A DNA stretch of 55,105 bases, counting the filler, from Catajapyx aquilonaris (Eukaryota), in the NCBI GenBank assembly GCA_000934665.2. It is 3 parts of 3 records of this genome, joined end to end, with 100 filler letters (N's around TTAATTAATTAA, not from the genome) between each part and the next. Parts side by side here need not be neighbours in the genome. Positions count along the whole stretch, not along the records: positions 1 to 18,275 come from JYFJ02006732.1; positions 18,376 to 36,653 come from JYFJ02006733.1; 1 more part is not named here. One strand, given 5' to 3'. The notes under the pieces were generated by a model, which worked only from the letters and a program-made list of their open reading frames with translations, did not search any database and was not told where the DNA came from. Numbering within the stretch: position 1 is the stretch's first letter; each line of letters begins with the position of its first letter. Positions 12,044-24,466 of the stretch are shown in pieces. The translations under genes were made by a program, and so were the position numbers.

Positions 12044-15000
12044 ATGGTACCATCGGCTGTGATTCCCAGAGGAGGCAGACCCTCATGGGTGTCCCCAGCC
12101 GCAGGTGGTCAGCAGCCCACACCACCGGCGTACAGGATGCCGCCCGCTATGCCGCCACCTCCTCCGCCGCCTCTGCCACCCACAGGTCAGCAGCATCCCC
12201 GCCACCCCTATAACTCACACCATCCTCAGCAGCATGTCAAGCAGCAGCATGTGGTTCTGGGACTGACCAACTATGGCCGCTTGAATCAAAGTGAGCCTGG
12301 AATTCCCTTGGCCACTCAAGCAGAAGCGGCTGAGGCTCATCTCCACACACATTCCAGCAAGTTCCCTGTGAGTATTGGACCCATTTCTGCTTTCTCTTCA
12401 TTGTTGTTTAAGTGCAATTTGTGTATAGCTGCATCTGGTACATATATGGAGGTGTACAGTCCTCATACCACGTGAGCATTTCATTCGTCGAATGTCAGTT
12501 GTCAGTACAGGGTAATGCCACGTGCTTTCTTTTGAAATGTGGACATCTGCGAGTGACACAGTGACCGCACCTTTCAAAGAAGTTCATGGGTCATGATTTG
12601 ATGAAGGTGTCATTGACAAACATGTGGCTGATAGTCCACAGTGGTAATCATGCGGGAAACCAAGAGGGGCCGCGAAACCGGTCTTCGGAAGGGGCTTTTT
12701 ATTGGGGTTGGTATAGCAAGGCCTTGAGGTGGCGCGTCTGGGCGGGGGCGGGGTGGGGGAGGGGGNAGTTGAAAAATGTGCAGGGTTTGACCGTGCCGCA
12801 ACAAAGATACTTGAGCGGCAATGGAAGCGTGCTGCAAAATTGCGAGAGAGAGAGAGAGAAGGAAAAAAAAAACCTAATGCATGGAGCGGAGTTGTTACTC
12901 GAGTCTCTCGCGAGTGGCGGTGGTTAAGTTTTAGGTACTTATTTCTTCATTTCTACCGTAGCGTCGTAGGGAGGAAATCTTGACACAGTGTGGTACGCAT
13001 TCCATGTCCACGCTTCGCAGGATTTAATATTGCCGGAAGATATTCCTCGGAACTTTTGACTAATTGCGTAGGGTTACTAGGCTTAACATTTAATGAAATC
13101 TGGTTCTACGTGAAGTACACTACCTCCTGCATATTTTTGTTAGGCTGTTATTATCATTATGCATCTTGCAGTCAGGAGGGCCAACGTGATTTACGGGCTT
13201 ATGCGACATTTCCGCACATACTGATAATATGATCTCGATTTTCATACCCGCGATATTTATATTTTCCTGCATAGATATTAATTTCGCACATCATTTATGT
13301 AGATTGCGTGGGTATTATATTTGAAGTTGGTAGGCGAGTTACATAGAGTTTAATAGGCTTCCTGTTTGGCAGATTGTTAATGATCTGACATTTGTCCTGG
13401 AAGTTTGTCGAAAAATATCCGCGGTAATTTTCTGGGAGTGATTGACCAGTGCTCCAGATATTTTTCTTTTTGGTCGTGACGAGATGATCGGGAGAATCGC
13501 AAGTTACACTAATTTTAGTTCAGTTTCTCTCCTACAGGTTCTGGGAATGTTCGAAGTTCGGGAAAAGGTAGTAAGAAGAGGGTGAAAAATTCAGAGGTTA
13601 GACTTTCCATGGTTAACATAAGGGGTATCCATAATAAGGAGGACATTCTTAGGAAAGCATAACGAGTTATGGGCGTCTTCTAAACCAGCCATCCCGATAC
13701 GAAATTGGCGTCCTGATGTTTAAGTTTAGCCCAGGAAAGCGTTCTGGCCTTTTTAAAAAAGCATTTCGGGGTCTGGCCGTCCATTCTGCAGAATGGACGG
13801 TTTTTTAACGCCCAATGGCCGTTTTCGGGGTTTGAGCCTAACATACACATCAAATGAAAGAGAAACGCGAGTAGAATGCGGCTATTAAATTTGTTTTTCT
13901 CGAAAATGCACCCAGAAAAATCTGTGGGGCATTCCACCGGTCACATGCTCAGCACCATGTCAAAGTATTTAGACCCCAATCATTATTATTAGTGATGTAT
14001 TTGCTTAAAGAGCAGCCATATTTGGTGACAGGAGTTGTTACCCACAGAAGATTTAATGTGTTCAGTTTCAATCGTGGGTCACGCATGGTTCGCGAGAAAA
14101 TAATAGATATGTTTTGCCGAATTACCATTAATTTTCATGGAGCCAAATTCTTGGACATGTGACTGATGAAATGCCACATGTTTTTCTGGTTACATTTCAG
14201 AGGATAACAAATTCCATAGGCGCATTCTCCTGGTGCTTCTCTTTCATTTGATGCATAATTATGTAGATTGGGTCTTGACCACTTCCACTGACCAAAAGAA
14301 ATTATCCAAGAAAGGCCCCATTTCCAAAATTTCGCGATTTTTTCCTTCCCCACGGTATTTCGATATTTAGCTAAAATTTGATAGGAAGTGTTATGGCATA
14401 GACGTGTACAGCTGTGATTATTTTCAGCCACGTCCGAGATGGGCTGGCAACATTTATGCCCACTTGATTGGGAAAAACTGCTATATTTCAGGATTTTGGT
14501 TTTTTTGACTGCCCCGAGGTCAAAAACAAATCCAAGACAAAATTAATGTCGTTATGAGTTACTAGTGACCTAAGGAACATGGAAATAGCTATGAATGTCC
14601 ATGGATAAATATCGTGTTGCATAGTGATAATCCGAAAATGGTCCTCAATACTGTAAAAATAAGCCATTCATTGGTTTTTAATGACCTGTTTTAAAATAGA
14701 ATAGTGTTTAATCAAAATAAAATTTACCATAGACTTTCAGTTTTTCTTCTGTTATATTTCTTTGTTTGCGAGACAGATTGACATTTGTCTTTGGAACACT
14801 TATTTCTGACTTTACTTTTTGGCGATGCACGGATAATCCGCACATGGATAATCGGGAGTACAGTATATTCCACTTTGCCAACCTCATTATTAAACAGTTA
14901 ATTTTGGATAGTTATTTTACGGTTATGAAAATATTAACTATTATTTATTTGATCTTAGGTGTCAATAAATGATGCAAGTCAGACCTCCCCCTTTTTCCGG

Positions 15001-16677
15001 GCCAGACATCACTGCACTCGCTAAATTGATCTGTCTCTTTCAGCATGTATTAGCAGTTAATGGTAGTGGTGGCCTGTTAAATGCAATAATTGCTCGAATA
15101 AAGTTCTGCTAGTAATGAGGTCGGGTGGGGTGGGGGTGGGGAGACTCTGGTATAGTCCATGCCTCTGGAAGTAACATCAATGGGATAGGTGGAGAATGTA
15201 TTTATTCTGACCCCACTCCAAACAGCATTCCACTGTCAGGAATTATCAAAATTGCGTAGCATGTGGTACAGTACATTAGTAAGAGTTCATATTTCTGCTA
15301 CTCAGCTGTTAGGTCAAAATAATGAAACTCTTTGAATATGCCTAGCAGCCCAGGTAAAATAAAAATAAACGATAAGCATAATTTTTTCGCATTCGAAAAG
15401 AAAGATGATTTAGTGCTTCCTGAATTAGTTACATTCATGTATTGTTATGTTTGTCACATATACAATATATTGTTATATCTCATTGCACTGTTATGAATCC
15501 ACCGGTGATGTAGACATTATTTTTTGAGTAGAATCTATTTTTTGCTTCAGAGGAAATACATGGCCATAAAAATCAATCCTGTAAACCCTCAAAAGTCAAG
15601 TAGTCATGCCAGGAGTTTGTAATGGGTAAGGGGGAGGGTCCACTTTGAAAATAAGCATAAAGATACTTGTACATTTAATGATACCATTGCAATTGGGTGT
15701 GGGAGGGAAGGAAAATAATGTCCAAAATTTTGGAGAAGCACAGAAGGTTGTGGCATAATCCCTGCTGTTATTAATCACGTGGTTCTTGTGAATAGGTCTG
15801 AATATAATTTGACAACGGTTTCCTTTGTAAGGTGGAAAGAGAAATGATTTTATCCGAGAAGAATGTGGATGGATTCAAATCGAAAATTCCTATCTTGGCG
15901 GAATTGCGACGTGCTCAGAGCACACAGCAGCACGATGTAGGAAACCATGCTGCTGTGCAGCAGGAAGAGCAGGCTGCAACATTGCATCAGCAACTCACAT
16001 CTGATGACCAGCACCTCATTTATGAGTCCAGTGAAGCTCAAGATAGTTCTGATAATCCTTCAGCAATTTATCAGGTACTAAATTGGCTCTACATAGGGGC
16101 TACAGCTGTCAATGTAACAACTTTTGGGATTCAAAATGAATTAATGTATTTTATAGAGAATTCCAAGCCATTTTGATAGGGCAGCATCTTCTCCATCACC
16201 AACTGAAGCATCTGGACGCACACTTTCATTGACATCATCTAATACAGACAGCACAGAGGCAAATTCCGTCATATACAATGGGTAGGAAGTTTCAGTTAAG
16301 GAAGTTATTTTAAATGTGACACCTAATACTTGGTTTGTTATTTCAGAGCCCCACTTAGTAAAGAATCAGCAGGCAGAACCTTCCAGAGTAAAACATACCA
16401 TCACATTCGAGACCTGCTGGTAACCCGTCCCCGGACGACTTCAAGCACCAACCCACCTACTTCTGTGGCATCTCCTCTTAATAACAACTATGGAAATGGT
16501 GCCCCTGAAACTTCCTCATCATCCAAGGGTCCCAATTCCAGTTTCCGGAGGGCCATACATCACAGCACTCAAAAATCAAACTTGGCTTCTTCTGAAGTCT
16601 ACATGCCTCTGCCTAGGGCTGAACTTTCAATCAGTGCCTCTAGGCAAAAGTTGCCTGATCCTACCTACCACAGGTGA
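12044..16677 (+). CDS. Spliced gene for an unknown Pro/His/Gln/Ser-rich, probably disordered protein (340 aa if it stops at 16677)
   Basis: Exons 12044-12367, 15832-16074, 16157-16281, 16347-16677 (or a donor after 16673). All junctions are GT-AG and phase-compatible (0,0,2). No recognisable domain. Confidence 0.7.
13950..14700. mobile_element. Diverged relative of the Academ-like palindromic element at 28961-31632
   Basis: Shared blocks GCATGGTTC..AATAATAGATATGTTTTGC and TGAAATG..GTTACATTT..TTCCA(T/A)AGGCGCATTCTCCTGGTG. Boundaries approximate. Confidence 0.5.
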
Positions 16678-16823
16678 ATGAACTGCTTTTTTAGTGATCA
16701 GTTTTATCACAGGGTAAAATAAATAGAAATTTTAAAAAAATGCCTATGTCAGCATGGAGTACGACTCACTGGCTGTCTTCTTGAGGCAAAAGCAGAATTT
16801 CAGTGCGGCGTACTGCTCCACAC

Positions 16824-17929
16824 CAAAGGCGGTTTTACATAGAGGCACATGTAGCACGTGCTACGGGCCCCGCGCTGATGCGTACACTTGTACTCTGGCT
16901 ATTAGAAATTTTTCGTAAGGATTGCAAATTATCTCGCACAGTATACATTCGCACAATATAATGAAGATTTACATATTTGCTTGAGTGCTGGATGAAAGAT
17001 GGAGATGGAGGCGAAAGGTTTCACCGAGACTGGAGGGTTAAATCAGTGCCGGATATACTTATTGGGAGGGGGTCCCAGTCCGGAGCCCACTTCCCCCACA
17101 GGAGGTTGAAGGGGCGAAAATTTTGGGACGAAAGGGGGGACATCAGCAGGTGCCTTCAATTAGGAATCCCGACTTCTGGCCGAGGCCGAGGGTCACTGTA
17201 CAGGGCAAGAAATACGAAGTCACTGGGGACAAGGGTCTTTGGAGGCCAGGATGGCAATTTCAATGCATTTTTCGGGGTCGTGCTCTAATAATGGAATATT
17301 GACAACCCTGTGTACACCTTGAGGGCTCACCGTCCGGTACCAAGCCTGAAGAATCCCGTAGGCCTCGTCCTGCTGCGCAAGTGCACACAGGGTCACACAC
17401 CTCTTGTGCAGGCACTTACGCTACTGAACAGCCGAGCAAGGTCTGTAATTATTATTATAATGGATCAAGAGCTGAATGGATACATTATTTTACACTGGTC
17501 AACGGTGATATTTTTTCAAGTGAACAATATTAGGTGCGATATTTCTTACGCATTCAGAGTCGCTGGATTTAGCATGGGAACCACATACGAACGCTTGCTA
17601 TATTGATTTTTAAAGTTCACGATAATACGGTACGCGTAGTTAGCAAACCTTTTCAGCAAAGTCATCCTGACCGTTACATTAAAGATGGGCTCGACACTAA
17701 GCAAATCATGGACAAATATTCAAAATATCTATTGTTCTGTGAATTAAATGCAAATATGCAATATTGCAATTTCTTCATTCGCATATACCCAAGGTTACCG
17801 TCAGTCAGTCGTCATTTTTCCTGTCTGCCCAAGGGAGTTGCAAAATGCAATTATGTACTAGTACATGGAGCCAAAGAGGCCCCGCTATTAGTAGTGCTAC
17901 GGGCCCCGCGGATCCTTAAACCAGCCCTG
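16824..17929. mobile_element. Non-autonomous hAT-type element
   Basis: 8-bp TSD CTCCACAC (16816-16823, 17930-17937). Imperfect TIR CAAAGGCGGTTTTA / TTAAACCAGCCCTG. Subterminal GTGCTACGGGCCCCGCG at both ends. Confidence 0.85.
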
Positions 17930-17970
17930 CTCCACACATGTTGATACCATGACTTGGGAGGGGACATTAA

Positions 17971-18275
17971 CCCTTAACTACATAGGTGGAGCCTGAGAGG
18001 CTCCAAGGACTATTTAAACGCATGTAACTTTTTCATTGAATTTTATTTTCCCCTGTCCTTCGTGACTTTGTCATAAAAATCTTCCTAAGCATGAAAAGGA
18101 AAGAATTTTTTTTTTAGTCCCTATTCTTCGGTTTTACAAAATTCGTAACGAGGAACAGGTCCCTCCTGGAACCGCTCAGGCTCTATATCTCAGGTGAATC
18201 CTGAGCGGCTCAAACACATGATGTAACCTTTTAACCCTTAACTACGTAGGTGGAGCCTGAGAGGCTCCAAGCACT
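17971..18275. mobile_element. piggyBac-like terminus present twice in direct orientation, truncated by the gap
   Basis: TTAA|CCCTTAACTAC(A/G)TAGGTGGAGCCTGAGAGGCTCCAAG at 17971 and 18235. Confidence 0.55.
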
Positions 18276-18375
18276 NNNNNNNNNNNNNNNNNNNNNNNNN
18301 NNNNNNNNNNNNNNNNNNNTTAATTAATTAANNNNNNNNNNNNNNNNNNNNNNNNNNNNNNNNNNNNNNNNNNNN
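18276..18375. other. Assembly gap with artificial six-frame stop linker
   Basis: N-run, TTAATTAATTAA (18320-18331), N-run. An identical construct is at 36654-36753. Confidence 0.95.
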
Positions 18376-18387
18376 AGACGAACTTAC

Positions 18388-19236
18388 GCGAGGTTAGACA
18401 CTGACTGCAACTTTAGACTGGGGTCATAGGTCGATTCCTCCAAGTTGTCCCACACCTCCCCATCCTTTGTCTTGTCCAAACTGAGATTCCCCATGCATAG
18501 CGGATCCTTCGTAGCAGCAGTGTCCTGAGCGCCTGATGTATAATAACAAATTCATAGGATGATAATGATAATCACAGGAATATTTTTTTGTGGGTAAATT
18601 GGGAGGGTTTCAAAACCTGATAGTGCAACAACGCAAAAATTATATGTATGGACATTCACCTGGGAAGACCTTATCACTGGTACGGCGTGGGCAGGTGTCC
18701 TCGTGGCTCATCAACTCCGAAGCTGGAACGTGATGCGTTGAGTCCCACTTACACACTTTCAGGTCGGGGTTGAGGTTCCATTTCTTGCATTTCACAAGAT
18801 GGTTGGCGAACTTACTGGCACGGATCTTGTGACTCCGGTTGTACGGGCAGATCTTTAGCACCTCCCCTTCGGCCAGAGGGTAGGGCACAGAGACTACGTG
18901 GTCAGTTGTGTCGCTTCCGTTACACAAATGCATCGCTGCCTTGACCTGCCCAGTAATTGAACATTAATTTATTTTCAATACAGGAAGTTACTTGTATTAA
19001 TTAGCGCGGGAACTGCCATGCTACTTTTCTGCAGACTTCAAACTACTCAAACCTGTATTGCAGATCTATTGAATATTTTATAATAATTATGACCTTTCTG
19101 CAATTTTTGATGGTTTTCATAATTTATTTATTTATTTATTTATTTATTACACCTTGCTCAGGGCTAATGGTTTTTATAATGTGTGTGTGTTGGAGAGGGA
19201 CCAATGATTAGTTGCAGAGCATACCCTTACCTGCAT
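18388..19236 (-). CDS. GTSF1: GTSF1/Asterix-like protein, type A, copy A1 (3' part lost in the gap)
   Basis: Exons 19236-19231 (MQ), 18945-18660 (two CHHC fingers CPYNRSHKIRASKFANHLVKC and CKWDSTHHVPASELMSHEDTC), 18532-18388 (EVWDNLEESTYDP). Confidence 0.88.
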
Positions 19237-20098
19237 GTTCTTGCAGCTTGGTGGAAGATAGCAAGGTGCTTGGGGGATGTGGCTGTTGGATCCAAGAATT
19301 GCAGACATGACCTCCGAAGCAGAATCTAAAACCAATATTTTTGTTCCTTGTTATGTGGTAAGTTGTTCAATACCCTGGAGAGTGGCTTACTTGGAGTTCT
19401 GACTATCAGGTAGCAGCCACACATGCCAAGGCACAACTACCCTATAATGCTAGCCATACCATAAGTGGTCAGGGAAAGGGGACAACACACCCTAAGAAGT
19501 GACTGAGTTAATTGCGACACCTTACCTTGTTGGTGAAATTAGATGTCGTGAATTAGGGAAGAGATGAGACGGCCAAATCCGGGAGGACAACTCAACGCAG
19601 CCGACCGGTTCGCTCTCTTACTTGCTTCTATAACAGTTATATATTATCGCCGATATACATAACTACTACATTTCCGACACGTTGCTTTGGTACCCAGTTG
19701 CTACAACAGCCAATGTAGCCACTTGATGTTCGTAAATGTGGCGTAACAGTAATGATGATGCCTTTATGCACAGGTTTTATTTAATAGGCAAGATTATAAC
19801 TTCTATAGTTTAATTATTTTTATAGTGTCAGATCATCGTTGCCCTTTGTGACGTCTCTTCCATTCTCTCTGTGTGTGGTTAAATCAATATTGTACTAATA
19901 TTATTACAACCAGAAGTCTTTGAATGCTAATATCATATAACTACTGTAATTGCATAACTTTTGTGCTATAGAATGAGATGCGTGTGTACTGCTAGACTGT
20001 CTGCAGCATGTGCAAGTCCACTCTGCTGTACTCGTTCAGTTTTGCTATATGAGCTTCGTTATGTCATTGCTACAGTTAGAGTGATTTTGTTGGCAGCC

Positions 20099-20409
20099 AT
20101 TCTTACTGTTTTTTTAAATTCTTCCTGCCTAAGTTTGGATCTGTGGTTACACCCACACCCTCACGTTTAAAACAAGTTACTTACGAGCATTCTGGGGTGA
20201 TATCGAGCCAAACTGCTCACTCTGGAGTGAAATGTCGATGTTTTTGTCACTTAGGACCTTATTTATGCTTGTTAAAAACCATGGTCTTCGGATTTCTCAG
20301 GACTTTTAGTGTCTTGTTCAGGGGGTCGAATAGTACCTCTGTACCAATTTCCAGCTTTACACGATTTTTTTTAAAGTTCGACCAAAATCTAATCTAAAAT
20401 GACTGTGCT
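20099..20409. mobile_element. Terminal fragment of the Academ-like element
   Basis: Near-identical to ~31330-31632. Ends AAAATGACTGTGCTA and abuts type-A GTSF1 5'UTR-intron sequence. Confidence 0.85.
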
Positions 20410-21100
20410 ATATGTGGTAAGTTGTTCAATATACCCTGGAGAGTGGCTTACTTGGAGTTATGACTATCAGGTAGCAGCCACACGTACCTGCCAAGGCACA
20501 ACTATACCCTCCAATGCTAGTCATACCAAATTAAGTGGTCAGGGAAAGGGGACAACACACCCTAAGAAGTGACTGAGTTAATTGCGACACTTTACCTTGT
20601 TGGTGAAATTAGATGTCGCGAATTAGGGAAGAGATGAGACGGCCAAATCCGGGAGGACAACTCAACGCAGCCGACCGGTTCGCTCTCTTACTTGCTTCTA
20701 ACAGTTATATATTATCGCCGATATAGTACATAACTACTACATTTCCGACACGTTGCTTTGGTGCCCAGTTGCTACAACAGCCAATGTAGCCACTTACATA
20801 CATACATACATTTCCTTCACGGCATATTCCCATCAAGATGGGGTTACCAGCGATGACCAGGTAGGCCTTACAGTCCACCTGGACATCTCGAACGACCAGT
20901 ATAATGAATCCTCTGGTGACTGGTCAGGCCACGCAGAGGATATAATGAGTAACTTATCATTATGTAGCCACTTGATGTTCGTAAATGTGGCGTAACAGTA
21001 ATGATGATGCCTTTATGCACAGGTTTTATTTAATAGGCCAGATTATAACTTCTAGTTTAATTATTTTTATTGTGTCAGATCATCGTTGCCCTTTGTGACG
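20410..21100 (-). pseudogene. Orphan duplicate of the type-A GTSF1 promoter/5'UTR region, without coding exons
   Basis: Near-identical to ~19352-19853 and ~27202-27700. Confidence 0.8.
20796..20961 (-). mobile_element. Short retroposed insertion (non-LTR/RTE-like 3' end)
   Basis: 12-bp TSD ATGTAGCCACTT (20784-20795, 20962-20973) and an (ATGT)n tail on the minus strand. Absent from the two paralogous promoter copies. Confidence 0.75.
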
Positions 21101-21937
21101 TTACCGCGGCGCCACTTCATCTCCCCGCTTGGCAGCCATTGTTGCATGAGCATGGATTGATATACGAGGTAATATTATTATTATGTCCCCATAATTTCAA
21201 AGGTTTTCAAGTTGAAGCAGGTGGGCCCCAGTCTCCATCCCCAAACCAAGCCAGAGGTGCCACTCAACCAATGACAAATATTTAAATGACATCTAACTCT
21301 CTTCATCGTCCATTCAATAGATATATAAAGATCTCGATCGGGAGTAGCCTATATTTATTAGCTGCTAGTGCGGTAGGAGGTTGGAGCGGGTGGGAGGGTG
21401 GGCAAATTAATAATTGAAACAGCTTACCTTGGTAGTATGAGGTACACAGCGATCAGAAGAGCGAATAGTGGACCAGCAGAGAGCGAATGTCAGATGATCC
21501 GATAAGATTATAATTTATCCTATACTTGACTATACTGGAAAACATAAGTCAACTTGAACTCCTAATGGAACAATATTTCTTTCTCATATGATGACTACTT
21601 TTTGCACTATATTTTTTCATCTACGTCCTTATGCCATTTGAACTATGAATATTTAGGTCATAATTAATAATTATGACAGCTTGATATCTGAGACGAACTA
21701 TGTGCGTTAAGTGGAGATGAGTCATTTCATATTGGGCTCATGTGCATCCTTCTGCCGGAAAATGTTGACACCGTGCGTGCAATAGGTTTGGCACCACAGG
21801 TCAGAAAAACTTTCAAATAAAGAAAATATTATCAAGTAAACTTTATATAAAACGCAGGCTCCTGGTCAACAAAAAAGCGTCAGTTGTCTGCAAAAAAAAC
21901 TAGGCTGGTCCAGTTGTTTCATCTCTTCAGCAATCTT

Positions 21938-22200
21938 CTACTTGCCCTTCTTCTCCTTAGACACCACTGCCTTTGCGACCATATTCTTGTTGCCCGGCAT
22001 CCTTGGTAGGCGAAGGTTTCCAGTCATCATCACCTTCACACCGGATGAAGGAGGAGGTGGACGAACCTCAACAGTATCCGAGAATCTGCAGGCATCACAC
22101 GTTGTATTAATTTAATGTATGTCCACCAAAAGGTCTTATGAGATGAGATGAACTTACACCAATGCAGGCTGGTTCTCCAAATCGTCCCAGCACTCAGACA
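21938..22200 (-). pseudogene. Orphan 3' end of a type-A GTSF1 copy
   Basis: Partial exon (SECWDDLENQPALV) plus last exon (..NLRLPRMPGNKNMVAKAVVSKEKKGK*). 3' flank to ~21540 matches 25095-25490. Upstream exons are absent. Confidence 0.8.
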
Positions 22201-23118
22201 ACAATGTATTTATTTTATGTTGCACATTTTTGTATCCAACCCCCCACCCCCACACATTACTTCCAACCCTTCCGACCCCCGTTGTGCGACCCTACCCCAG
22301 GGGGCAACCCCAAAATACACCACCCTCATCAGCATCCACCCTCTTTCTACGTGCTGGCCCAACATGGCTGCCGGCGGCCATGTTGGGCCCCCCGATGTTG
22401 CCCTCCCCTTTCGTACCTACAAAGTTCAGCCTTAGTCCGGTAGGGTCGCCACATAAATGCTCTGGGAAATGTCTCATGGCGCTCTCAAGTGAGCACCCAC
22501 TGCAAAAGCCCAGAACGTAGGGGTATTGTCCGTGGGCTGCTACAGTTACAGTGATTTTGTTAGCAGCCATTGTTGCATGAGAATGGATTGATATAATAAA
22601 TGTCCCCATAATTTCAAAGGTTTTCAAGTTGAAGCAGGTGGGCCCCAGTCGCCATTCCCAAACCAAGCCAGAGGTGGCACTCAACCAATGACAAATATTT
22701 AAATGACATCTCACTCTCTTCATCGTCCATTCAATAGATATAAAGATCTCGCTCGAGAGTAGCCTATTTATTGGCTGCTAGTGGTAGGAGGTGGGAGGGT
22801 GGGCAAATTAATAATTGAAACAGCTTAACTTGGTATTTTAGTATGAGGTACACAGCGATCAGAAGAGCGAATAATGGACCAGCAGAGAGCGAATGTTAGA
22901 TGATCCGATAAGATCACACAATTCATGCGACCGATCGACATGCAGGCTAACCAATAACTGAATAACAGTTAGGCTATTTACCTGGATGCATAACAAATAT
23001 TGTTGAACGAAAATTGAGAAAATGTAAAACTGGAGAACTTGATAAAAGTGCAGGAAGCACAAAAAGAAAGGTGTTCCCGTCAAAGGTGTTAAAGTGACGG
23101 GAAACGCCTATAGTAGGC

Positions 23119-24319
23119 CTACTGATCGCCATCAACTGATATAAGGTTACTCCGGTCTTGGGCAGTCTTCTTCTTCATCTTCTTCTTTTCCTTCGAGACC
23201 ACTGCCTTGGCCACCTTATTTTTGAAGCCTGGCAGGGTCGGCATTCGAGGAAGGCGGAGGCCGTTCATCATCTGCACACCAGAAGAGAAGGAAGGAGGTG
23301 CTGGTGGTGGAGGATGACCCTCAACAGACTCGGATGACCTGAAAAGGCATTGTGTTAGGATACTGATTCCATTTTACTTCTGGGTACACCTACCTGGTCT
23401 GCTTGTACAGCGCCTCTTGCTGCCTCCTGTAGTCTCGTCGCTGCGAATTGGTAAGCAGTTGCGGAACACTGAAACCATAAGGCACAATATTATCTTCCAG
23501 AAAACACTAGCAAGCTAACTGTGAAACTTACACGAGCAACGCAGGCTGGTTTAGCAGCTTCAGATTTGGGTTGTACGTCATATCCTCCGCGTCGTCCCAG
23601 CACTCGCCTTTCTCTGGCAGGTGCAAACTCATACGACGCATGTCAAAAGGGTCATTCGAAGCAACCTGTGCACCTGAGCCATCCAAATCCAAAATGACAG
23701 GATGGAAATACAAATTAGCAGAATAAGCTTTGAATTAATCTGGGGAAATTCCCGAACGTGACGAGGAAACACCTGGCGACAATGCAACCCCTGGAGCAAA
23801 ATGGACATTCACCTGAGAAGACATGAGTGGGACGGCTTGAGCAAGTGTCCTCGTGTCTCCTCAACTCCGAGGCAGGAACGTGGTGGGTCGAGTCCCACAT
23901 ACGCACTGCCAGCCCGGAGTTTGGGTTCATCCTCTTGCATTTTACGAGATGGTTGGCGAACTTACTGGCAAGGATCTTGTGACTCCTGTTGTACGGACAG
24001 ATCTTTAGCACCTCCCCTTCGGCCAGAGGGTAGGGCACAGAGACTACGTGGTCAGTTGTGTCGCTTCCGTTACACAAATGCATCGCTGCCTTGACCTGCC
24101 CAGTAATTGAACATTTATTTTTTTGCGATAACAGAAATCATGTGCAATTAGGCATGGTCGCGGCTATGTGAATTTCCTACACATCAATAAGCTACACACT
24201 TTGGAGACATGAAATTGACATTACTATAATTTAAATGGCATATTAGACTATTACGTATTGTTTGGAGACAGGTCAAAGATCACATTTTAGACAGTAGGCC
24301 TATAGTCTACCCTTACCAT
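23119..24319 (-). CDS. GTSF1: GTSF1/Asterix-like protein, type B, copy B2 (240 aa; Cys to Arg in finger 2)
   Basis: Exons 24319-24317, 24095-23813, 23673-23532, 23468-23394, 23338-23119 (723 nt, open). Motifs CPYNRSH..HLVKC, RMWDSTHH..HEDTC, ECWDDAEDMTYNP, LRLPRMP, Lys-rich tail. Confidence 0.88.
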
Positions 24320-24466
24320 TTCTTGCAGCTTGATATAAGGTATAGCAAAGTGGTTTGGGGCTGTGGTGGATTTAAAAAAAAATCAGACGTAAAGCCTTCG
24401 CACCAGGACCTGAAACCAATGTGTGTATTGTCGTGATGAAAGTTACGTTGCTGCACAACATGTAGG

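Noticed and set aside
18320..18331. TTAATTAATTAA palindrome inside N-runs (also 36698-36709)
   Set aside because: Identical construct centred in both 100-nt gaps, with stops in all six frames. It is a scaffolding linker, not biology.
20143..20397. Repeated ~80-aa ORF M(V/I)TPTPSRLK.. (also 28997-29230, 31373-31624) and MGPLKVRPILG.. ORFs
   Set aside because: They lie in the inverted arms of the Academ-like element, start at non-ATG codons and differ by frameshifts. They are non-coding repeats.
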